DNA of 16,787 nucleotides from Methanomicrobiales archaeon. GTDB lineage: Archaea; Halobacteriota; Methanomicrobia; Methanomicrobiales; Methanospirillaceae. Location of the stretch: positions 1-16,787 of the forward strand of contig JBAXJR010000047.1 in assembly GCA_037137755.1 (NCBI GenBank), given 5' to 3'. The position numbers and the translations under genes are program-made. Under the pieces are notes generated by a model. That model saw only the letters and a program-made list of their open reading frames with translations, was not told the DNA's origin and did no database searches. Positions 1 through 6,538 of this stretch are shown here, piece after piece; the stretch's first letter is position 1; each line of letters opens with the position of its first letter.

Positions 1-118
1 GGACCGGATAGGCAGCATAGCAATTTGATTTAAAACAAAGAACTGTCCGGTTGAGCCGGGACATTATCGGGCAGAGTTTTACGCCCTCCGGCCAGGGCTC
101 TTCGGCTGCGTTAAACAC
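1..118 (-). CDS. Small Cys-rich hypothetical protein, runs off the window edge (not in the ORF track)
   Basis: Manual translation from GTG at 118: MFNAAEEPWPEGVKLCPIMSRLNRTVLCFKSNCYAAYPV..., open to position 1. GGAGG at 129-125 lies 6 nt upstream. The C-P...C-x4-C pattern suggests metal binding. Confidence 0.55.
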   Translation of the reverse strand, partial: MFNAAEEPWPEGVKLCPIMSRLNRTVLCFKSNCYAAYPV

Positions 119-175
119 AGTAACCCTCCAGCCAGGTTAAAACGGGCCGTCCTGTATCGAGGGAATTGCCGGTCA

Positions 176-418
176 TCACTCGATCAGCTCCCATGTCCCC
201 CGGGCGATGCAGAGCTCCGCGGTCATTTTCGCGATCGGGTTCATATGTTCAAGAACTTCCTTCCGGACAGCATAGTGGGGCCGGACAAACCGGAGTGCCG
301 GAAGTTCAATGAGTGAAGGGATCCCATAATTGGATGCCGTTCCTGTTTGTTCAGGGATGTGTTCAGGCCTCATATCGTTCCTAGCGGTGGGGGCCTGATT
401 TTCTACCGTTTTAATCAT
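176..418 (-). CDS. Hypothetical protein (80 aa) of the mobile element
   Basis: ATG overlaps the stop of the upstream RHH gene (ATGA), with GGAG upstream. No recognisable domain. Confidence 0.65.
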   Translation of the reverse strand: MIKTVENQAPTARNDMRPEHIPEQTGTASNYGIPSLIELPALRFVRPHYAVRKEVLEHMNPIAKMTAELCIARGTWELIE

Positions 419-570
419 TCATGCTCCTGTAGTTTTTGTTCCAGTGCTTCCTTCAGTGTCTTCGAGAGCGATACGCCCCGTTCTTTCGCAAGGTCCCGCA
501 GATTCCTCGGGACCATAACATTGGTGTGAATAAATTCCACACCGTTTCGGCCGATTGTAATCGTTGTCAT
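415..570 (-). CDS. Ribbon-helix-helix (CopG/CcdA-like) small DNA-binding protein
   Basis: HTNVMVPRNLRDLAKERGVSLSKTLKEALEQKL fits beta-strand + helix + helix. ATG at 570 is preferred over 606 because GGAGG lies at 584-580. Confidence 0.75.
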   Translation of the reverse strand: MTTITIGRNGVEFIHTNVMVPRNLRDLAKERGVSLSKTLKEALEQKLQEHE

Positions 571-621
571 ACCGATATTCCTCCTGTGTTCACTTTCATC
601 CTGCACACAGGTAGAGTGTAA

Positions 622-681
622 TTAGACCCCCCTCAAAATAAACTCATAAAATATCAGATACCTGATAGTGAGGGGGGCTAA
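622..681. promoter_or_regulatory. Divergent control region with nested inverted repeats (candidate operators)
   Basis: CCCCCCTCA (627-635) pairs with TGAGGGGGG (669-677), extendable by TTAG/CTAA with one bulge. Inner TATCAG-N4-CTGATA at 652-667. A-rich TATA-like stretch at 635-651. Confidence 0.5.
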
Positions 682-1381
682 AATCGACCAGTTATTGCTT
701 GATCCGACATGGGGGCCATTTTTAAGGACCCGAAAATCTGTAGAATCCAAACGGCGTGCAGCAAAAATCTATCACACCCTAATGCAGTCGATAACCCCTC
801 GCGGCTGTGAATATGTTTCACGCCAGGATATTGAACGGGCGCTTGATGAATCTGAATTAATTTCCATCGCCTCCTCCAACCTGGACCGTTTATTAAAAGA
901 CATGGAGGAACAGGGACTGGTTGAAAAAATTAAGGTCCGTGATAACGACCAGAAAACAGGTAATCCGGAACGGACCTATTTCCGATTGAACAGCCTAATT
1001 TTTTCCCCGGATTACCAGGGGAATGACCTTAAAACGCATTTCAAGGAATTACATAGCGAGAGTGAGAATCTTTCAGTTTATGTCAAGGAAATGCTGATTT
1101 TCATTAAGGAAAAGGGATTGATGGATGAATGGACTGCACGGCAGACAAGCCAGATGGAAAAAAATCTTGTAGAAAAATGCAGGAAAAATCCGGAAAAACT
1201 GGATAAGGCGTTTATGGCAATGTTGAAATCAACTATGTTACAGTTCGAGATTTATAAACGGAGGTTTAGTAAAAGAAATATTGAGGAGATAACACTTTTA
1301 GTAACATCGGGCCACTATACGGAATTTATTGCCAGAGTTGAAAGTAAATGTGGGAAGAGAAAGACGGTCGGGAAGAAATGA
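668..1381 (+). CDS. Winged helix-turn-helix protein with helical C-terminal region (probable repressor of the element)
   Basis: SRQDIERAL...SSNLDRLLKDMEEQGLVEKIK...RTYFRLN is a wHTH pattern. The gene is divergent from the RHH operon. GTG start is uncertain. Confidence 0.65.
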   Translation: MRGAKIDQLLLDPTWGPFLRTRKSVESKRRAAKIYHTLMQSITPRGCEYVSRQDIERALDESELISIASSNLDRLLKDMEEQGLVEKIKVRDNDQKTGNPERTYFRLNSLIFSPDYQGNDLKTHFKELHSESENLSVYVKEMLIFIKEKGLMDEWTARQTSQMEKNLVEKCRKNPEKLDKAFMAMLKSTMLQFEIYKRRFSKRNIEEITLLVTSGHYTEFIARVESKCGKRKTVGKK

Positions 1382-1505
1382 AGTCAGTATTCAGGTGCTC
1401 ATCTGATCCACTATTTGTGCCACTTGACAAAGCGCAATATCATCTTCAACCTTTTTGCAGGGGTGTATTTTGGGATTAAATACGAATACGATTCAATCTA
1501 ATACA

Positions 1506-2288
1506 ATGGGATTATCGAAAATCGCGTTAAGAAAGTGTGATTATCGCTATTTGGTATATCTTACCGCAGGTTCTCTTGTAGGAGCATTTATTTCATTTAT
1601 TTTTCTGATTAACACACAATCTAATTTATTTTTCTTTACGTTCGTAATCTTGGGATTAACGGTTGCAGCATTGCTGGGCTTCAATTTAATCATATTCTAT
1701 CGTGCAAATAATCTCGTAAGTGCTCTCCCAAATCAGCAGTATCCGACAACACTGGATATCCATCAAACAAATCATGATGCATTCATAATGATTCGATCGA
1801 TTGGATTGTTCAGAGATAATCAGGGACTTGACTTACTTATCCCATATTTTAAAAAACATAATTATCCATTCAAAATTTACCATTGTTTCAACCCTCAAGA
1901 ATTCGAGGAAATATTAAAAAATGAACATGCGAAATATCTCTGGATTTTTGGTCACGGGTGGCGGGGTGGCATATCCTTTAAGTGGAAAAGATCTTGGGGT
2001 GATGTCGTCAGATTGAAGAAAAACACGACAAACTTTGTTTATTCGTCATTACTGAAGCAGGGGGTCTCTGTTTATCCGAAGAAGGAATTTATTGCACAAT
2101 TTCATTGTAATCATTTTTTCGGGCCGTTGAGTGAAAATATTTCACTACCAGAAATCTTATTGGATTCAAAGGCTTCTGAAAACGATTACTTTGTATCAGA
2201 TAACACAATTAGCATATTTTGTATCTGGTTTGAAACCAGGCAATTCCTGAAAACTATTGTTCGTACTCCTCTTATTATAGAAAATTGA
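1506..2288 (+). CDS. Two-TM membrane protein with a C-terminal alpha/beta domain carrying a clan-CD-like (caspase/CHAT/C80) His-Cys signature
   Basis: Two N-terminal hydrophobic helices (YLVYLTAGSLVGAFISFIFLI; LFFFTFVILGLTVAALLGFNLIIFY). YLWIFGHG (GHG at 1950-1958) and FIAQFHC (Cys at 2106-2108), 51 residues apart. ATG at 1506 is preferred over the TTG at 1455. The ORF is likely real; the protease call is tentative. Confidence 0.6.
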   Translation: MGLSKIALRKCDYRYLVYLTAGSLVGAFISFIFLINTQSNLFFFTFVILGLTVAALLGFNLIIFYRANNLVSALPNQQYPTTLDIHQTNHDAFIMIRSIGLFRDNQGLDLLIPYFKKHNYPFKIYHCFNPQEFEEILKNEHAKYLWIFGHGWRGGISFKWKRSWGDVVRLKKNTTNFVYSSLLKQGVSVYPKKEFIAQFHCNHFFGPLSENISLPEILLDSKASENDYFVSDNTISIFCIWFETRQFLKTIVRTPLIIEN

Positions 2289-2417
2289 CTCGTTAATCTG
2301 ACAAAATTTCATATTTTATTAATGGCTCATATAGGATTCGGGACCAATCTGAATAGCCATCCTGTGATTCGGATTATGTTAGAGCGATGCATATTGGATT
2401 TTTTACCGACTACTCGA

Positions 2418-3167
2418 TTATTTCCCCTTTTTCGGCATCGGCTCCCACACAGAACCGAACATTTTCACTGATGCATTAGTAATTTCGAGATTCAAATATT
2501 CTTCCATCAGAAACCAATGGAGTGGATAAATTTTCCATGCAAGCATAATAGCGAGGTCTTTATCTATTTCTTGTTTCATTAAAGAGGCCATTACAGGATC
2601 TTTACTTGGATCATATTCTTTATACGCCAATTTTCCTTCTTTTACCGCTTCAACACCGTTCTTAATATTCTCAACCAGGTTCTCAGGGTCACTGCCTAAC
2701 GGAATTTTTGCTGCTGATATTTTTTTGCCCTTTAAAATTTTTTTATATCTCAAATGGGTATATGGGTTTCTGATTTCCTCTTTAATTTTAATTAGTTGGT
2801 TGACAATTTCCGGGTGAATGAGGTAAGGTTTAAATGTAACCCTGCTTTTCCGGGACATGGCAGACAGTAAGCCCTCGAACGCGGAGCCATCGGGGTTTCC
2901 TGTATGAACATGGACGATTTCTCTTAATGTCTCTTCAATTAATTGAGACATGACAATAATTCCTGCATGATAGTTCCCATGAAGTATACAAAAATACGAT
3001 TCCCTGTAAAGAGAATTGAGATGTTCGAATCCGATGAATGGTTCACTATTTTCGTTAAAATAGAATGGTAATCTTATCAGATTTTCTTCAACGACATTAT
3101 AATGCTCGGCTGAGTAGTCCTTTGCGTTAACCTGGATAAAAACGGGTTCTTGGGATATTTGCATCAC
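2418..3167 (-). CDS. HEPN-domain protein (DUF4145-like), putative RNase
   Basis: N-terminal HEPN helices YRESYFCILHGNYHAGIIVMSQLIEETLRE and an intact RxxxxH motif RNPYTH (2771-2754). Start overlaps the nucleotidyltransferase stop (GTGATG). Confidence 0.75.
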   Translation of the reverse strand: MMQISQEPVFIQVNAKDYSAEHYNVVEENLIRLPFYFNENSEPFIGFEHLNSLYRESYFCILHGNYHAGIIVMSQLIEETLREIVHVHTGNPDGSAFEGLLSAMSRKSRVTFKPYLIHPEIVNQLIKIKEEIRNPYTHLRYKKILKGKKISAAKIPLGSDPENLVENIKNGVEAVKEGKLAYKEYDPSKDPVMASLMKQEIDKDLAIMLAWKIYPLHWFLMEEYLNLEITNASVKMFGSVWEPMPKKGK

Positions 3168-3916
3168 CTTACCAAGCTGAGCAGCCGGTCGATTACATCG
3201 CGGGCCTGTTCTGGACTCATCCGTCGATACATTCCAACAGCATCGCTATCAAGTGGGATCTTCTCCAATATTTCGATAAGGAACGGATATTCCCTAAGTT
3301 TCATACCGAGATAGTGAAGATCAACATCCGTACCGCCAGCAGCAGGATCAAGAAGTGAGAGGACGTCCGCTCGGTCCTTTCGAACTTTACCCTCCTCATA
3401 TCCCGGTCTGGGCGAAGTTCTGTTATGAAGCCTGTGCGATCGGTCCCAGATCGCCTTGAGTTTGAAGAGCAGAAGTAATGCCCTGGTTGGAACCATAATT
3501 GGGAAACCTACTCTCATCTCCCCTGGTTGGGTTTGACCCTCAAGCAATGAAAATGGACAATTTTCATTTCGTCCCTCAAATCTGTATATATCTTCACGCG
3601 ATCCGAAGTCAATCAGGATCTCCCCGTCATTAGTATTTTTAACAACTGTATTCGGGGTGTAAGGATGCCGTTTCCTAACATAACCACGTTCATCCCGCAG
3701 GAATTTCATTAGATGTTGTCGGGTTTTTTTATTCGTTATAATATCAATATCAATGGACCCGTACCACTGATTGTAACTATAAACCGCCCAGCCCCCAATG
3801 AGAACCGTTACGGGATTTTCTGGGTCCTCGTGTTTGGAATCCACCCACCTAAATATCTCGATGAGTTCATCCCAAGACGCATCAATCAGCGTCCGTGCAG
3901 CACTATAATCCTCCAT
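3164..3916 (-). CDS. AbiEii-like (DUF1814/pol-beta fold) nucleotidyltransferase, type IV TA toxin-like
   Basis: VLIGGWAVY...GSIDIDI (GG + DxD motifs), ILIDF, LLFKLKAIWDR and KDRADV match AbiEii/MenT-type motifs. Overlaps the upstream gene by 14 bp. Confidence 0.8.
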   Translation of the reverse strand: MEDYSAARTLIDASWDELIEIFRWVDSKHEDPENPVTVLIGGWAVYSYNQWYGSIDIDIITNKKTRQHLMKFLRDERGYVRKRHPYTPNTVVKNTNDGEILIDFGSREDIYRFEGRNENCPFSLLEGQTQPGEMRVGFPIMVPTRALLLLFKLKAIWDRSHRLHNRTSPRPGYEEGKVRKDRADVLSLLDPAAGGTDVDLHYLGMKLREYPFLIEILEKIPLDSDAVGMYRRMSPEQARDVIDRLLSLVR

Positions 3917-4916
3917 AGAGCTCCACCAATTTCAGCGTTAAATCGTGGCCACCATACCCGAGTCCGGCACAATCAAGGAGAGCTTGCGCAGGTGAGACCA
4001 GCCAAACACCGGGAGTTGAGAACGTCCTGCGATCCTTGAAAACATCTCGGTCTGGGGAATAAATCCTGACCGCCACACCATTTTCTGCAGTTTCAAACAT
4101 TCCTTCAAGTCTTCGAGTATTTTTCTTCTCAAGATATAGATACACAGAATCGTGTCGTGCACTATACCCGGTATAAATTTCTCCGGCAGTGAAACTTGTA
4201 AATGCGCAGGGGATTTGTTCCGTTTCACTAACAAAACAGATCTCTTGGGCGAGTGCAATAGGGCTTTCTGCAGCAATCCGTATTTCGCTTGAAAATAGCC
4301 TCTCAAATGGACGTTCCCATGCAACACCGTTAAGTAGTTTATTGATGTCAGAAATTTTTACATATCCACTTTTGTCTGACACGATTCCTTTTTCTGAGAG
4401 ACTTTTCACCGTAGCATGAGTCCATCCATATGAGACTCCAGACCCGATAGCAAGTTGTCGGATAGAAGTTTCATTCGTTTTAAGGAGGTATGCGATGACC
4501 TGCCAGGATTTTGAGGACGTCAGCTTTACTGGTATATTGCCAGTCTTCTCTCCGGAATCTGCAATGTTCATCTCAACGGGCAGATTGATGATCCGTAACC
4601 CAGTCTTCTCCGCAGCTTCAATGGCTTCCCTTGTCACTCGTTTTCCAACAATGACGAATTCGGTATTATCAATATCTACCCGGTTTTCTACCAGGAGTAA
4701 TTTTAAAAACCCCAAATGCGAGAGTTCTGCCAATCGAACGATCCTTTTAAGCTCAACGATGAAGGTTTTCAAGCCATCAACAATAATCAGATCGAACTTC
4801 ATGGCGTATTTATCATTAAGTGGACTCTCTTGCTTTATGATCGCGTCTTCGCTGAAATGCAGATTTGAGCGAAGCAGTGCTATCAACTCAGAGTCATAGG
4901 GTGAGAGAGCTATCAT
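3903..4916 (-). CDS. AbiEi-like type IV TA antitoxin/regulator: N-terminal PD-(D/E)xK (Mrr-like) domain + wHTH + AbiEi_2-like C-terminal domain
   Basis: FDLII...FIVELK (D...ExK). HTH: TSIRQLAIGSGVSYGWTHATVKSLSEKGIV. C-terminal AFTSFTAG...VYLYL...VSPAQALLDC resembles AbiEi_2. Lies directly upstream of an AbiEii-like gene. Confidence 0.75.
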   Translation of the reverse strand: MIALSPYDSELIALLRSNLHFSEDAIIKQESPLNDKYAMKFDLIIVDGLKTFIVELKRIVRLAELSHLGFLKLLLVENRVDIDNTEFVIVGKRVTREAIEAAEKTGLRIINLPVEMNIADSGEKTGNIPVKLTSSKSWQVIAYLLKTNETSIRQLAIGSGVSYGWTHATVKSLSEKGIVSDKSGYVKISDINKLLNGVAWERPFERLFSSEIRIAAESPIALAQEICFVSETEQIPCAFTSFTAGEIYTGYSARHDSVYLYLEKKNTRRLEGMFETAENGVAVRIYSPDRDVFKDRRTFSTPGVWLVSPAQALLDCAGLGYGGHDLTLKLVELYGGL

Positions 4917-4922
4917 ATGCTA

Positions 4923-5023
4923 TATCAGTATTTACTGATAGATAATAAAGTTATCAGTGATATATAGGTATCAGTGTTTAGTGATATGATAATAAAGGTA
5001 TCAGTGATAGGGTTTCTTATCAC
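4923..5023. promoter_or_regulatory. Operator/promoter repeat array upstream of the AbiE-HEPN operon
   Basis: 22-bp direct repeat GATAATAAAG(T/G)TATCAGTGATA at 4941-4962 and 4988-5009, each ending in the palindrome TATCA-G-TGATA. IR TATCAGTA-TT-TACTGATA at 4923-4940. Extra TATCAGTG at 4969. GTGATA/TATCAC IR at 5004-5023. Minus-strand TTTATTAT ~30 nt upstream of the ATG at 4916. Confidence 0.75.
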
Positions 5024-5036
5024 CTGCACCAAAATT

Positions 5037-6224
5037 TCATACTCGAGTATCCGTGGTGGCTCCACCACTAACCCCAGCCAATCCTTCCTGTAATGTCTTC
5101 ATCCGTCTCTGAAGATCATCCATCTGCTGCTGAATGGTCAGGTGTTCCGGTTCCTTCTCGGCCTGTTCTTCAGCCTGTAATATTTCCATTGCGGTTTTTG
5201 AATCCAGAATCAAAGAACACTTTGGACAATATTTCATATAATAAGCGCACAATTCGCCGCATCTTGGGCACTGGCGTGCCTCAAGGGTGTTCTCCCCTGC
5301 CTTTTCATCTTCTTTAATTATTCCTGCCTTCGCAAGAACTTTATTTTCGACATCCGCACCGGATAGATGAACATACACGGCCGGCATGAGCGAAGAGGAC
5401 TCCCACCCCGCGATGATGCGTAATTCCATCTCGCTAAATCCCAGTTTTGATAAATCGGTGAGACGGGCATGCCTGATCCCATGTGGATGGACCCGCTTCT
5501 GGATCCCCGCCTGGGCGGCAATGACCTTAAGACGATTCTGAATCGTATGGGCATTCAATACCTTTTTGCCCGTACCATACCGGTTGTATGTGATGAAGAG
5601 AGGTGCGCCCGGGCTATTTTTCATCGGGTGCATATTTACCCACGCCTGCAGATCTGGGACGCAGGAGGTCAACCGCATTCGTCTCTCTCCGGTTTTACCA
5701 TCAACAATGATTACTGCCCCGTATCGGTCGAACGCGACGTGGCCAATATTCCGCGATAGGAGTTCATTAATCCGCGCTCCCGAATCCCAGAGCAGCATAA
5801 TCAACGCACGGTCCCGCTGTGTATCGCAGGATGCAACCATCTTCTGAATATCTTCCCGGGTGATCAGTTGATCTACAGGGAGTTTTCGCTTCGGTTTCTG
5901 GATTTTGAAAGTGATGAGATCGTCAACTTTATCGGGCAGAAACCATTTCAGGAATAATTTCAATTCGAGAATATCACCCTGGAGTGTGAAGGGGCTGACC
6001 TTTTCTTTCCGCTCAAGTATGAAATCCTCAATATCAGAGGCTTCGACAGTCTTCATGTCCTTGAATTTCGAGAAGATAAGGAAGCCATAAATCCGCCAAA
6101 TTTTGCTTTTAATTGTGTTAGGACTGAGGTTTTTCAGTTTCAGGTACCGGACATAGTTCTTCAGGTGAACCATATTTGCGGGGTCCAGATTTTTTAATTT
6201 GTCGAGGTCTTCCGTAGGTGGCAT
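5037..6224 (-). CDS. Tyrosine recombinase/integrase with N-terminal SAM-like domain and C-terminal double CxxC zinc ribbon
   Basis: Catalytic set: GARINE (R), GKTG (K), HGIRH (HxxR), AGW, AVYVH (Y). CPRC...CPKC near the C-terminus. Adjacent to the tRNA-derived att site. Confidence 0.95.
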   Translation of the reverse strand: MPPTEDLDKLKNLDPANMVHLKNYVRYLKLKNLSPNTIKSKIWRIYGFLIFSKFKDMKTVEASDIEDFILERKEKVSPFTLQGDILELKLFLKWFLPDKVDDLITFKIQKPKRKLPVDQLITREDIQKMVASCDTQRDRALIMLLWDSGARINELLSRNIGHVAFDRYGAVIIVDGKTGERRMRLTSCVPDLQAWVNMHPMKNSPGAPLFITYNRYGTGKKVLNAHTIQNRLKVIAAQAGIQKRVHPHGIRHARLTDLSKLGFSEMELRIIAGWESSSLMPAVYVHLSGADVENKVLAKAGIIKEDEKAGENTLEARQCPRCGELCAYYMKYCPKCSLILDSKTAMEILQAEEQAEKEPEHLTIQQQMDDLQRRMKTLQEGLAGVSGGATTDTRV

Positions 6225-6230
6225 CTCCTA

Positions 6231-6273
6231 CATTGAATGGGCCCTCAATGGTATATAGTGCCATTGAATGGCA
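6231..6273. promoter_or_regulatory. Integrase promoter with flanking palindromic repeats
   Basis: CATTGAATGG direct repeat at 6231-6240 and 6262-6271 (core CATT-G-AATG is palindromic; TGCCATT-G-AATGGCA at 6259-6273). The repeats bracket TATATA at 6252-6257, ~30 nt upstream of the integrase ATG. Confidence 0.6.
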
Positions 6274-6276
6274 TTA

Positions 6277-6329
6277 GACTTAAGATCCAGTCTCGAAGGA
6301 GTTCATGGGTTCGAATCCCATCCCTCGCA
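6277..6329 (+). tRNA. 3' half of tRNA-Leu(TAA): attachment-site duplication, not a complete tRNA gene
   Basis: Anticodon loop CTTAAGA (6279-6285), 3' stem TCCAG, long variable arm CTC-GAAG-GAG, T arm ATGGG-TTCGAAT-CCCAT, acceptor 3' strand CCCTCGC and discriminator A. No 5' acceptor strand (GCGAGGG) or D arm upstream. Confidence 0.9.
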
Positions 6330-6435
6330 TTTTAATAAGAATTGAGCTATTTTCGAGACTTTTCCCCAATCTCTATTGCTAATCATTATGTTGATTTGGA
6401 ATGCACATCGCTTTTAACGCAGGTAGGATGCTCTT

Positions 6436-6458
6436 CGGAGGGGTCACGGACCCCTCCG
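6436..6458. repeat. Perfect GC-rich hairpin
   Basis: CGGAGGGGTC-ACG-GACCCCTCCG: 10-bp stem, 3-nt loop. Confidence 0.7.
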
Positions 6459-6538
6459 GCCGCATGGGCCGTCACCCTGAGGTTGACTAAATTACCTCCG
6501 CAAAATGGTCCGGAACTTGTGGAATCGGTCGCACCTCT

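Larger units (their letters stand above)
1..6329. mobile_element. Right-hand part of a tRNA-Leu-integrated element (provirus or integrative plasmid); continues beyond the left window edge
   Basis: Tyrosine integrase 5037-6224 lies ~50 bp from a tRNA 3'-half duplication at 6277-6329. Also small overlapping ORFs, a divergent RHH/wHTH pair and AT-rich TA/defence-like cargo. Host-type genes resume after 6330. Confidence 0.85.

Noticed and set aside
3164-3916. CBASS cyclase (CD-NTase) with HEPN/2TM effectors
   Set aside because: The GG-W-A...DxD layout and the upstream AbiEi-like partner fit the AbiEii family rather than the GS-x8-12-DxD CD-NTase pattern, and no SAVED/CARF/STING sensor is visible. 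A structure search would be needed to exclude it fully.
4941-5012. TATCAGTGATAG matches the core of the Tn10 tet operator (tetO)
   Set aside because: Only the central 11-12 bp match, the flanks differ, and there is no TetR or vector sequence. It is better explained as a native palindromic operator.
4923-5023. Possible mini-CRISPR array (22-bp repeats, 25-bp gap)
   Set aside because: Only two repeat copies, the 'spacer' itself contains the same motif, and no cas genes are present.
6241-6329. Complete tRNA-Leu gene
   Set aside because: The 5' acceptor strand, D arm and most of the 5' anticodon stem are missing; only the 3' half is present.
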